Positions 37,501 through 50,200 of a DNA stretch of 64,000 nt are shown one piece after another. Each line of letters starts with the position of its first letter. Position 1 is the stretch's first letter. The position numbers were made by a program, and so were the translations under genes. Under the pieces are notes generated by a model. The model saw only the letters and a program-made list of their open reading frames with translations. It did not search any database and was not told where the DNA came from. The stretch spans positions 62,001 through 126,000 of the forward strand of contig MU058257.1 in assembly GCA_013265495.1 (NCBI GenBank). The letters run 5' to 3'. This stretch comes from Vicugna vicugna. Lineage: Eukaryota.

Positions 37501-38104
37501 AGTTACTCCTTTGAATATTCAGGCCTGTTACACAACTTTCCAAAGACAAAGCACAGGGTGCAGTTGCCACACCAGGTGAGCAGGGTTGAGATCTCTGATT
37601 TTTTAAATCTCTTTTTTAGTGGCTTTCTTGATGACAGCTTCCCTCACCAGGGTCCCCAGAATCTCTTCAGAGGTGACACTCGGAGAATTCGTACCCACTT
37701 TTCCAGATTAGGGAGTTAGCCTGTGACCACAGTGTCCTTCTCCCTGAGAAGTGGGCGGGCTCTTCACCCAGATTCCCACGGCCTGGGGACTCTCGGAGGG
37801 GAGAGGGAGCTGGGCCCTTCTGCTTCAGCACCACAGAACTCCGTGGCTGGAGTTCCAAGAGTGAGAACCTACCTCCAGTAGAACGAAGGTCCAAGGAGCG
37901 CCAGAGAGGAAAAACAAGAACCTCCAAAAGGAGTATCATTTGGAAACAAGTGTTTCACCTCTGTCTCACCTCCCTGAAGCTTCCCCCTCAGAGCCATGGC
38001 CCCACCATGTCCCCGTGTCCCTGACCTTTTTCATGTCATTTCTCCCTTTTTGATGGTGGAGTGGAGGGGACAGAACGCTGTCTCCTGGGGTTAGGAATGC
38101 GGCC

Positions 38105-38275
38105 ACCCATCGTGTTTGCTGGGTGCCAGCACCATGCTGAGAACTCTGTGTGTCACCCCACTAACTGTCCCAGGAAAGGCATTATTATTCCCACTTTACA
38201 GATCCGGAATTTGAGGACTTCACAAAGTAGCTCAGTGACACAACCAGGATGCAAATCAGGGTCTGTCTCCAAAAC
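38105..38275 (-). mobile_element. MIR SINE
   Basis: ggcattattattcccactttacagat...tgaggact...ccaggatgcaaatcagggtctgtctccaaa. Confidence 0.7.
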
Positions 38276-38719
38276 CATGCCCTTAGCCGCCTAAAAGATT
38301 CATTCAAATGGACTCCCAGGTGGACCCCGATATGCACAAAGGTGAAAGGGGAGCGGGGCCGCTGGAAGCAGGTAAAGGAGGCCAGAGCTCCCGCGCGTGT
38401 ACCACCTCCCCCCGCCTCTGCTGGCCTCTGCAGAAATGTCAGGGCACCCATGTCCCAGGGTGCCCAAGCCTCTGGTCAGGGTGGTTTCTGAGTTCCTGCA
38501 GCACTAAAGGGGTGCCTGGTTCCACTGTGGGTCCAAAAGTGGCTTCAGAAACGAGTGTAGGCAGAGTCAGATTTGAGGAGACGCAAGCGCAGATGGCTTC
38601 TTGGACTGTAAGGGCGCGTAAATACATGCTCTTCTGGAGCTGTGGAGGCGGGCCTGGTCCCGCTTAGAGACGACCGACTTTGTTGCCCGAAGTGTGGGAG
38701 CTTTTGCTGTTGGGCCTGC

Positions 38720-38900
38720 CTCGTGCTTTCATGCATCATCATGAGTTAGTATCACAACTGCACCGTGAGGTAGGTGTCACGTCCCTTCTACAAAAGGGAA
38801 GCTGAGCTCAGAGATGACAGTGACTGGCCCAAGGTCACACAGGAATTAGCCGTTGACCACTCTTGCTGATCGGGTCCCAGCTGGGGACTCTCCATGACGC
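38720..38900 (-). mobile_element. MIR SINE
   Basis: gtgaggtaggtg...gggaagctgagctcagagatgacagtgactggcccaaggtcacacag. Confidence 0.75.
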
Positions 38901-39319
38901 CACAGCTCCCTGTCCTGCCTCTCCCGTCCTGCCCACACGGGCTGATCCTAGTATACCTAGCATCCCCTGCCCTGCTCAGAGGCTCAGCTGCTTCCTCGAG
39001 GATCCTAGGATCAAGCTGAAATCCCTTAACTGAGTCTTGAGTATCCACAGTCTGACCCTAATCTGGGTCTCCATCTTCAACCTCGATGTAACTCACCTCC
39101 CTTGAACCAACTGGCGTCCCCGCTCCCAGCAAAGTAGGACTTCCAGGTGAGAAAGGGGTAGAAGGAAAGGGGTGGCCAAGAGCTTCGACATGGGGAAACC
39201 CAGCACCCTTTGGGAAGAAAGAACTAAGGTTCCTTTAACATCTACGAAGATCAGCTGAGATTTGAATCTCAGGTTAACAGTTCAGCACCCCTTGAACAAA
39301 ACTCTTGAGGGTTTTCTTT

Positions 39320-39608
39320 TAAGAAAAATTTTGTTTTGTTTTTTTTGGGGGGGGGCAGGTAATGAGGTTTATTTATTTATTATTATTATTTATTTAACGG
39401 AGGTACTGGGGGGTCGAACCCATGACTTCATGCATGCTAAGCATGTGCTCTACCACTGAGCTTTACCCTCCCCCCCCTTTTTTGGAGGGGGTAGGTAATT
39501 AGGTTTTTATTTATTTATTTAATTTTTAGAGGAGGTACTGGGGATTGAACCTGGGACCTTGGGCATACTGAGCATGCTCTCTACCACTTGAGCTATCCCC
39601 TCCCCCCT
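39320..39608 (-). mobile_element. Head-to-tail dimer of Vic-1-like SINEs
   Basis: Two full tRNA-like monomers (about 39345-39477 and 39483-39607) joined by T5; flanked by ttgagggttttcttt / ttgacggttttcttt. Confidence 0.88.
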
Positions 39609-41879
39609 TTGACGGTTTTCTTTATCTTACATAATAAAATACTGATGTTGGTCCCAAATCCCTCATGAGGTTCCCCCAGAGCGTGGCGGAAGTCCTATAT
39701 GGTGCAACACTTTTTCAAACTAGAAAAACTGGATTCTTATTTTTATCCCCTTCTCCGTTCTCCTCCGAATTAGACGTTATTTTTTCTTCAGGACACCTCT
39801 GCGCTAAGCAGTAACACCACTCTTCTGTGCACTCACCACGGACTGCCTGCGTTACTCATTTTCGCACGTGCCTTTCCTGTGCTCCATGCCACCCTGAACG
39901 CTCCCCGCAGGGAACTGTGGTTTTGTAGTTGCACCATCGCTCGTGTGAACTGGAGGATCACAGAGCAAGTGGGACCTGGATTCTGGTTTGAATCCTTTAG
40001 ACCAGTTGGCACAGCATCTTGTTCCCATTAGATACCCAAACTACAGGTACTCAAGTCTGCGTTATCTAATTGCATGAATATACCAGATACTGTCGTGTAG
40101 GACTCTGAAGATCTGCTTTAAAATTTACCACTGTCTTGAGATTTTAGAGACGTTTAGTAAGCCAATCGAAAACACGCCTGATTTAACCGAAGAGGCTTTT
40201 TATATTGTACTCCACTAGCGTAGAAATTGGGGATTTCTGATGTTGATTGGTGAGAGACAACTTGAAACCTATCTTTTTTTCCCCCTCGAGTCTTGAAAAG
40301 ACCAAAAAGGAGAGGAGCTTGCATATGAAAACAACGACGTGTTGAAAACCAAAACTGAAAAATAACGTATGTTCTGCTGGCTCCGTGTTCCGCTGTCATC
40401 TTGGCACAACTTTATGTAGGGGCTGAAGATAGCCCTGCCCTGTTCATAAACCCATGTTTAGAACCCACTGTTTAGTTCTCAGGCTGCGCATACAGCAAGT
40501 TTTTCTACCTGGATTTAAGAAAATCCGTGCATTAGACGGCAGCAGACCTTGGTGAATGTCCTGTTTGGGAGGGATCCCGCCCCCCAACCTTTTCTGTTTC
40601 TCATAAAAGCTCAGTGTGGGTCAGCAACTGCTCTGTGAGTGAAATGCATGATAGGTTGGGAAAATTTGCTTTTCCTGCACCAGTCATGAGCATATTACTG
40701 AAAGAAAGAAAGAAAGAAAGAAATCTCCACGAGGAACAGAATCTAAGGAGATGTATTAACCAGCTAGCCTCCCTGGTTCCCATGGGAATATGGATTTTTC
40801 CTTTTGGAGGAAAGGAATATGGCTGTCCGAAAGGTGAAAGAAAGACTTGGGACCAGTGTGTGTCGCCTCTCAAAGTTAAAAATAGACCCAGGACGTTTGC
40901 ACAGCAAGTGCGGTGTTCTTAAAAGTAACATTGTTGGAGAGACCGCTACCTGGGAAGGAATGTTAGAGCAGTAACTGGTTGCCGGCACCTGCAGTGATTT
41001 ATGCAGAGGGTTGCCCCTCCTGTGGTCTGGGGTTCTCAGGCTGGGACTCAGATGACAGATAAGACGAGGCATGAACTGCCAGCTGCCTGCTTTAGGCTTA
41101 TTCCTGACACTGCCCTTCCCACCTCCCGGTCTGCAGCCACACCAGACCACTTCCTATTCCTGCAACGGGCCCCACTTCCTCTCTCTACTCCTTGCCCCCG
41201 CCCCCGTGACTGCACTACCTCCTTCTCTGCTTGCAGCCCACACCTGCACCATCTCCCTCCTCTTGGCTTGAATCCCTCTTGGCCCTAAAGACTCCAAGTT
41301 GATGTAACTTCCTCCAGGCAGTCTTCTCTGATTCCCTCTCCCCTCTTCTCCCACAGCATCTCCACCAAAGCAAAGGTACTGCCAGTTTATGTCTGTCTCT
41401 GTCCTCCTAACGACCATCTCTGTGTCCCCACCGCCCAGCGCCATGCCAGTTATATCACAAACACCAGAGGATGCTTGGTGAGTGAGAGAGGAGCCCGATT
41501 TCAAATTAAAAATAAAGTAGTAAGATCAGCCACTTGAAGCTTCACCATTCACCTCTTTTACCTCGAAGCTCCCATCCTGGCTCCATGAAGTGGAAGTCCA
41601 TTCATCCTTCTTAGTGGCTACCTGGACCTCACGTCAGGAATGAAATGCACCAGCACTGACAATGGAACGTTTATGCTTCATTATGAATTTTTTGTCTTTC
41701 ATATTAGGTTAATGGTGGTCTGCCTTTCAAAGTTAAACTCAGGAATGGGAAGCCATAGTGTGTATCCCAGCCCCCGCCCCCAGGGCCTCGAAGACTTAGC
41801 GCTGCATGATGTAAAGCCGCTCCTGGAATATTGCACTCCCGTGGCACTGGCATCCGCTCTGCTGGTCTCTGCCTAGAAT

Positions 41880-42040
41880 TACCTCTCCCAGCTGCCTTGT
41901 CTCTAAGATCCTCTGTTGACCCCTCGAGTCTCAGCTTGAATTCCTGCAGGGCAAGACTTTGAGCTTCCTGTGTTTTCAGTACACAATACTTGGCACCAAG
42001 TAGACTCTCGAGCACTAATTTTGAATAAATGAATGAATGC
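41880..42040 (+). mobile_element. L2 3' end
   Basis: ttcctgcagggcaagact...tacttggcaccaagtagactc...tgaataaatgaatgaatg. Confidence 0.7.
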
Positions 42041-43809
42041 CACGTTAAGACATGTTAAAATGTAATTTGCCACCAGTTATCAGCTGATCCCAGTGGGACA
42101 GTTTGTTAAGCTGAGATGGTTTCCTTGGGCAGGGCTGTCCTGTGTGTTGAAGGAGGTCTGGATCTCACCCTCTGACTGTTGGCGACATAAATATACACAA
42201 AGGTCGGGAGCGCCTCCCCAGGTATCGTGATAGAAATGCCCTCGGCACTTGTGAGCTAGAGTGTGGTCCTTAGCACGGCAGGGGCGTGGGGTCCTTTAGG
42301 TTTGAGCAGAGGGAAACTATTGCATTGTTGTAGACTGGGTGCCTTCTCCTCGCTGTTCTCTCTCAGGTGCCCGGGTGAAGGGGTAACATATGACAGAGGC
42401 TGTGACGGACCAATTCAGCTGCATCACCATCCAGGGAAGATATCGAGGGGCACATGCCATTCATGGTCAGGTTACTGTGCCTCCTTTCTGTACAAAGGAC
42501 AGCTTAGTAAATGCATATTTGATCATATATTTTAAAACCATTAAGAAGTACAGACAGATTTTCTTTCAACATTCCAGATAATCAGTGTCCTTGTAAATAA
42601 GAATCCATAAAATTGTTTTCTTCATACTGCGCTTTTTTCAAGCATGTACAAATATACTATGTTATTTGAATTCCATGGGTTTTACAAGGGTTTTTTTTTT
42701 TCAACTTGGAAATCAAATTTTATATCTGAAAGGTTAATGGAGAAAACTAATTATGCTATCTGGTAACCAAATGTGTGATGAGACATTTGTCTCTGTAATT
42801 AACAGCAAGGAACTTTTATAGTTTCATAAAATTGGATGCTGCATAGACTAATGCTGTGAGCATTTGTTTGGACGAGGTGTCCAAAACAGAGATGTTTATG
42901 GATGATATAAAGTTGAACTGAAATGTAATGCAGGTGTCTCCCAGAATTTCTCATTGTTGAAATGGAAGTCAGAAGATTAATAACTTGACTTTGTCACGAT
43001 AAAATAAGTAATGTGTTCTTGGAACAGTGGGACGGCGCATAAGTTACTCAGTAATTCCAAGAATTTATTCTGTTCCAGGAATAATATCCTGAACAATTTA
43101 TTTTGACAGAAAAAGTTGATGCAACATAATAGCCCTACGAAGTTGCTTGTATGGCTAATGGAATTATATCTCAAATATGACTTTACACCTACACATAAAA
43201 CGTAAAGAACTCCACAAAAACGCACGGCGAAGGTGCAACTTAAAAGAAAGCAGCCGAGGCAAAAGTAAAGGTTCTTCTGTTACCATTAACTCACTCTCCC
43301 CACACATATATAATTTTTTCAATTACTAGCGTGACTTTAATGGGCACCTTAATAAGCATCGTGTGAAATACGGTGGAGAAGGAGCTGCTGCGGGAGTGTC
43401 AGCTCTCGCCTCCTCCGAGTCCGCGTCCCCACCGACGGAGATGCCTGGTCCAGACCCAGCCCGTCCTCCTCGGTCTCCGTGGGTCACTTTGGGCAGCTCA
43501 GCCTTTGAGAAATAGGGGGAACCCCTCCCTGCCTGTCGTCTCTGATAAACTGGGAAGATGCTGAGGAAGAGACGTGTCCCTCGGGGGGAGCTTTCACAAG
43601 AAGGCGCGATTGAACAGAGGCCCCGGTGCTGCCCCACCCCCCAACCCTCCCCGAAACGGGAACGTTCGTCGCAGATGGTGGTTTACGCCTTGTACACCAG
43701 TAGTACATTTGGGTTTTGTTTTCTCTTTTTCCTCCAGCTTTCCTCACTGGTAGCTTCCTGGCATATCTGATCCTAGAATTAGCCCACTCCTTTTGGTATA
43801 GGTTTGTAT

Positions 43810-44960
43810 CCGTTTGGTAGGTCTTTACTGAGTAGCCATTGGTGCCAGGCTAGGACATGGACCGCCCACTAGGTGTGATAGGAGAAATTAAGGATTCTGG
43901 GAACAGAGAACCAGGGGGGCCTCCCCTGGGGGGGTGAAGGGATTTTACCCTTCAGAAGAGGATGTTTAAGTAGAGAAGGACCCAAAAGATAAATGTGGGG
44001 CTGGAGTGATGGCCAGAAGAGAGCCCACCTGGAGAAGTGAGGACCTCCCTTAGAGCTGAAGCTGGGGACCCTCTGGCCGTCTAGTTCGGTCACTAATGGA
44101 TTCGAGTTTAATTGTCCTGATGTGAGGCCTGGGCACTGGTATGTTTTAAAAGTTGTCCAGCTGATTCTCATGTGCAGTCAGAGCCGAGAGCCACCATCTA
44201 GAACAAGAGCCAGGCAGGAGAAGCCGGCCAGGGAGGCCCAGCGCCCAGGGCCCCAGTGCAAGGGCCAGGCTCCACCCGCAGGTGGCCAGCGTCCCACTGA
44301 GGCAGGTCACGTAACTAGGTCTGTGTTTCTGAAAGATCAGCCTGGCTACAGGTTGGACTCTGGACCGGAGGTGAGCAGCCCTGAAGGCTTTTGTCTGTAG
44401 CCTCGTCAGTGGTGGTGGGAAGCAAGGTGGGGAGAAGGTTGGGGAAGGATTCAGGAGTGAATCCAGAAGTTATGATGAGCCAGGACTTGAGAGGGAGGGG
44501 AAGGGAGCTGAGGCCCAGGTTTCCAGTTTGGACAGCTGGGTGGGTGCTGTTTACTACGGCTTGGGGATAGTTGTCATAAAATACATCTTTGGACATGATT
44601 TTAAGGTTGCTTTTGAGATATCCAAGTGGGGCTGGCCAGTGGGCAGTTGTGAGTCTGGAGCCCCAGAGTGGGATCAGGGCCAGGGCCCTCACATCAGGGG
44701 GTCACTGGAGCCAGCAGAGAGGCTGGGGGAATCCAGGAAGTGGGCAGAGAGGGAGCAGACCGCCCAGGGTCCTAGGAAACGTCAACATTTAAGGCAGTGG
44801 CCATGTGACCTGTAAGTGGGTCGTGAAATCAGTTTAGCAGATTGTCACCAACACTAACTACCCCAATAACAACAGTGATGATAATAAAAGAAATAGGATA
44901 AAACAGAAAATGATCAGAGTGTCCGGTGTGCGGGAAGGGTGAATTCTTGAAACTTTGGTC
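43810..44960 (-). mobile_element. L2 fragments with a MER5A-like piece at about 44090-44200
   Basis: Purine-rich antisense L2 motifs (ctgtgtttctgaaagatcagcctggct, ttggacatgattttaaggttgcttttgagatatccaagtgg); ggcctgggcactggtatgttttaaaag..ccagctgattctcatgtgcag is MER5A-like. Confidence 0.65.
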
Positions 44961-46429
44961 AGAAAAGTTGGGAAGCTGCTGATTTTTGCTGTGGTTGCCC
45001 CACCCCCAGAGATTTCCCACTGGCCTCGCTCAGGGAAGGCTGCACTGCCAGCCTGTGGGGGCATCTGGGCCCCAAGTTATCAGGGTTCCTTGAGATCCTT
45101 GGAAGAGAAAGGCACTGTGACTGTGATCTGTTTTTCATCATCATTAATATTGTTAACATTGAAGATGAGACTGTACAACAGCACGTGTATTTAACTTGGA
45201 ATATTTTTTAAAATTTTAAATGGTCAAAGACATATAAAATCGCCAGTCTTAATCTTGGTCGTTCTTAACCAAGCCGTGGTGTAGATAAGTAAATTAATGT
45301 CTCTAGTAGGAGGGGCAATGTTCACTTCTCGTAGAGTTTTCTATACAGTAGCACAGAGGATCCACATTTCAAAATATATTCAAAAGGACTGTCTCCTTCC
45401 AGACAGTAAATTGTGAATGTTTTATCCCTCATTCAATGGAAGGAAGATTATTTGGAAGCAGCTCTGGGGCTACAGCCGTGTTATATTTTTCCCGTGTGTG
45501 TTGTCAGCCTTCGAAGACTTCCGCTGTACGTTTCACAAAAGCAGGAACACAAATAAATTCTTATACTGCTCCCTGCAAGTTTTTAACACTTGGCTTTTGT
45601 AGAACTACCAGGTTTCATGTGAACCATGTTCTGAATTTAAAGGAGCATATCTGAGCCCTATTCCTCTTAGTTTGAAACAGCACAGCTAAATTGGAATCCG
45701 TGAAGAGAGTTTGTTACAAGGATTCCATTGTTTCCGCCACATGTATTAACATAAGCAGGTGGTTAAGGTGGTAGCTAGTTCAAACAGCACCCAGCGCGTG
45801 TCATAGCAGCGTCCTGGACACCACACGGCACAACTGTTTTGGGAATGGGGTCCTTTCTGCCATTCGGCTAAGTTAGTTCCTTGAGCCTTTTAGCAGAGCG
45901 GTGAAGCTCAGGGACCTTGGATCGTGGCGGCCCTCTCGTTTCTAAACCCCAAGTCTCTGTTTTCTCCTGGATAAAATGTATTCATCAATATCCACACCTC
46001 TCAGCTTGTAACCAGGATTAAGTGCAGGCAGAGTGCTTGCCAGAGGGCCTGGAATGTATGTAGTAAGTGCCCCAGAAATGGAAAATTCAGCACTTTTCAC
46101 CTCAAGTACCTCCAGTTTCCTTTAAAAACTACATGGCTTGTAATGAGCATCAAGAGAAACTAATCTTATGTCAGTACCCTAGCGGCTTGTAAAATACACC
46201 CCCCTCCCTTCCTTGCTTGCTTGTCTTCGGCTGTTGTCCCTCACCACCTGGTTTCCGATCCTTCTCAACTTTGTCTTTCTTGGGTGACTTAGAGAAGATT
46301 TTTTTTTTTTAATGTCCAAAGCTGCCAATACCAGTCACCTTATACCCAGCTTTACAATCCCACGGGAAGAAAACTGAACATAATTCTTCCAGATTATTTT
46401 TTTCTTATGAAAAAGCAATACATATTCAT

Positions 46430-47220
46430 TTCAAAACCATTTTTTCAAGTTAAAATTTATAAAGTTGAAAACAAGGCGTAAAGTAAAAAAATCCACCCCA
46501 GTCACTCTCTCTAGCAATGACCACTGGTAACAATAGAATACGTGTAAAAAAAAAATCCATGTGTGTGTGTGGGTGTGTGGTGTGTTACAGAAAGGAAAAT
46601 GGAATAATGCTGTGTAGTGCTTTGTAACTTTTTTTGCTTAACCAAATCTCCATTGATTCCACACAGGTTGAGTGCCTAGTTTAAGGCAGGCAGTTAGGCC
46701 CTGATTATCCAGTAGTGAAGGAAAGAATCGTGGTCTTGGCTGCCATGGAGTTTATAGTTTATCCTGGACTTAATTCCAAATGACTATAAAAAGGTCCATT
46801 TCATTCTTTACAGACACGTAAAGATTGACCGTAGTCTCATTGTACTGATATGCCGTAGCTCACTTATCTAATGCTCACTGATTGACGTTTGGATTGTTCC
46901 CAATGTCTCACTAGTAAAATGTTGCTGCAGTGAATGTCCCTGTTCGTGTGTCATGGGTAGGACGTGTGTCTGAATGTTTCCGTAGGAGACATGCCTGCAA
47001 ATGGAATTTCCGAATTTCCTCCAAAACAGCGAAAGAGAGTGACCATAACCTACAACTTCACCAGAAACGGGCTTTTATGAATCGCTAGTCCTTGCCAAAT
47101 AACAGACAAAGAATTTCACATTGTTTAGTTTTCATTACATTAGTAGTTAGAGAGATTAAGAGATTTTTAGCTGTGTACTTCTCCTGTGAATTACACGTGC
47201 ATGTCCTGAGCCCATTAACT
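46430..47220 (-). mobile_element. Ancient L1ME-like 3' fragment
   Basis: ttgacgtttggattgttcccaat...gctgcagtgaatgtccctg...cattgtttagttttcatt. Confidence 0.6.
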
Positions 47221-50200
47221 TCATTGACTTGGAAGAGACGTCTCCCTGGTCCTTGGGGCTTTAACTTTTTGGCTTGATTGTTCGTGAACGTTACTTGAAC
47301 TGGTGGCTTCTGACCTGCTCACTGAGTGGTGGCTGGAGTTACACTCCGCGTCTGATGAAGGAACATTCGACTGGGCGGCCATGTTATATTTACTATAAAA
47401 TAAAAGTTGTCCGTGTTATAAGAACACCCAGGGGAGACGTAAGGAGATAAACTCTCCACACTGGATGGGTAGTTCTAGTTGTATCATGTCACCCTCTTCA
47501 CTGACGTCCCGTCATCCTCAGGAGAAGGTAAATACATCAGGGCCCTTGCGTTTTCTGCTTCGCCCATTCAGTGTCCGTTCGGTCCAAGGAAGGCAGCTCA
47601 GTCACCGTTGCCCACTTTGTTTGTTCTCTGCCTTCAGTCAGCGTTCAGTGCAGTCCCCTCTTCTCTCCCCCAAAGCGCCCATGGAAGTGCTGACCGTCTT
47701 TTACTGACCAGGTCATGTCTCACCGCCTTCAGGAAGCTGGTTATAATCCTGCCAGTTCAGAACGACCCCTTCCTCTCAATGCCTGAACCACTTGTAATTG
47801 ATGCAGCATCCAGGGTGTTTCTCCTGCATCCACCCCCTTGGTTTAGTCTGTTCAGTCACGCTAGCGATTACGTAGCGCGGGACGTTGACAAGCCACACCA
47901 CCCTGTGGATTCTGGGATGGTTCTGGGATGGTTCTGGGATAGGCCCAGTGCGGTTCCGCTGGCTGCGTGGATCCGCTCGTCTCGGTGGGTGGGGAGCAGA
48001 GTACATTTGCATTTATTCTGTAAGATAAAACATGAAGACATCAGAGACAATTGTTGCTTAGCCCCCTTTTAGGACTTCGCCCCCAGGCTGCCAGGTGTTT
48101 TCCCCACTGTCTGTCGGGGTTCTTTGCGGGACACGTTTGAGAAGCAGCCTGACTGCCCATTTTGATTCATCTCCTGGTACTTCTCCGCTCCCTTGACCCT
48201 TCTTTCCCGTCTCAACCCCTTTCTGTCCTTTCTGCTTTGAAGGCCCGTTTTCCAGCGAGGGCCTGTGGCATTCCGTCTTGGGCCCTGCCCCGGCTTCCCT
48301 TCCGCGGCCTTGATGACGAAGCGCTCCAGCCTCCCGCCGCAGCCGCGGGGAGATGCCCGCCCCTGGTTCGGGGCGAGGCCCTGTGTGTCCGTCTGTGTCC
48401 GTTGCTAGGCTGCGAGCTCCTGGCGGGGAGGGGCTGTTACGTCTCTTCTCTTTTCCTCTCTTCGGTCCCACGGTGTCTCGTATTGAGCAGTAGTACAGTA
48501 GATACTACTGAACGGATGAGGGAACCTGATACCATCCAAACAGATTTGAAAGGGACCTCGCTGTCCTTTAAATGAAAATGCCACAGAGGCTTTGGGCTGC
48601 TTACTTATGTTCCCCTGTAGCCTTCAGTTGAATGGGGTCCTCCGACGCGTGGCCGCCGACGTAGGGTTAACTCCGCCCAGTGGAGGCACTTGATTCCACC
48701 AGTTCAGGGCTTCTCCAGCCACGGCTTTGACTCCTTCCTTCCTGGTGGCAGTTAGGCTCTGTTGTGCGGCGCCCCTGGGGCTCCCGAACGGACTCCAGGG
48801 CCTGTTTCAGGATTGCAGGTTCTGGCACATTCTCTTCAGTAGAGCTCAGCTCCTCTTTATTTGTATGTAGGGGGTTGGGGGTGCTGGGTTCCACTTTAGA
48901 TTGCATTGGAGGAAAGGGCTCACTTGGCAACCATCACTGTGGTCTAAGAAACTAATGCTTTTCAGACCATTTTTGCTGAGAGAGAGTCCCAGTCTTGCAT
49001 GTCCCTTGTACACATGGCTGTTGTCCCTGGGGACAGCCAGTTGGGACCTTGATAGCATCTCCAAATGAGTACGGGCTTGGAGTGACGGTGCCAACCTCAG
49101 GTCTTCTCAGAGCAGAGTCTGCTGCAGAGCTTCTGCTCTTGGACTCACTTGTTGAGAGCTGTGAAGAGAGTGCAGGGTCAACCTGGTGAACCCTGCGCCC
49201 CTTTTCCTGTCCTTTCTCTCATGGCTGTCACTCGACGGGCCGTGGTTCAGTCTCTCTGCAGCAAGGCTGCGTGCCGGCTCCCGCTAGTGTGTGAGAGATC
49301 CTGGTCATCTCAGTATTTCTCATGCCTAAACTCAACTTTTTTTCTGTTTATTTTAACATATCATTGCCTGAAAAGTGCAAGTTTTCAAGCTTTTTTTTTT
49401 TTTTTGAGTATATTCACAGTGACATGCCACCGTCACCACTGTTTCCAGAACTTTTTCAGCATCCCCAGCGGAAAAGCATCCTGACTGTCACTTCCTCTGC
49501 ACGTTTTCTCAGATGCTTCTCCTCTGTTTCTCGTACTCGGAACCTGGAAGGGTCAGCTCTTTAGACCATAATGTTGCCCAGCCTCCTGCCTGGAAGCTAC
49601 AGTTTGAGTCCACTTTTTCCTTGTTTAGTAAAGAACAGTGTCCATCGAAACCCGTGGTGTATTTGAGGATGGCTAAGTCACTCAACAGCCTTTTCTTCCT
49701 CCGCAAAACAACCCAGCTTCTCTGCCCTTCCCTTATTCCTTTCAGCTTTTTTTGTTTTCTTTTTTCATGATCTCAAGTTTCTTGGCAGCCTTTTTAAAAC
49801 AGGGCAGAACTGGACATGACACTATCATGTCCAGTACTGAGAGTAGCGGAGGACTGTCCCTCGGGGCTTTAAGTGTCTGTCAGTCCTTCTGTCGGAGTGG
49901 CACGCTGGGGATGGACCTGACAGTGGGTCAGGGAGCAGAAAGAGTTGGGGACACGCGGTTCTGACTGCAGTGACTGCTGTGTGCCCCGGGGACAGGGAGT
50001 CCGGGAGAAGAGGTGGACTCACTTTACCAGCTTGGAAACAAATGAGGTCAGAGCTCTTCTAATGGTGAGCTAAGGATTTTGAGCTCTCTACATGTTAGAG
50101 TAATAGGAAATCTGATATCTCCATATAAGATGTCCTTGCATTGTTAGTGAACCCCGGGGGCTGGCTCAGTCCAGGGGGCCAGCTACTACTGGTGGTAATG

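Noticed and set aside
47479..48575. 197-aa and 137-aa ORFs in intron 2
   Set aside because: No recognisable protein, overlapping frames on both strands, and no splice-phase link to BEND7; consistent with chance in GC-rich DNA.
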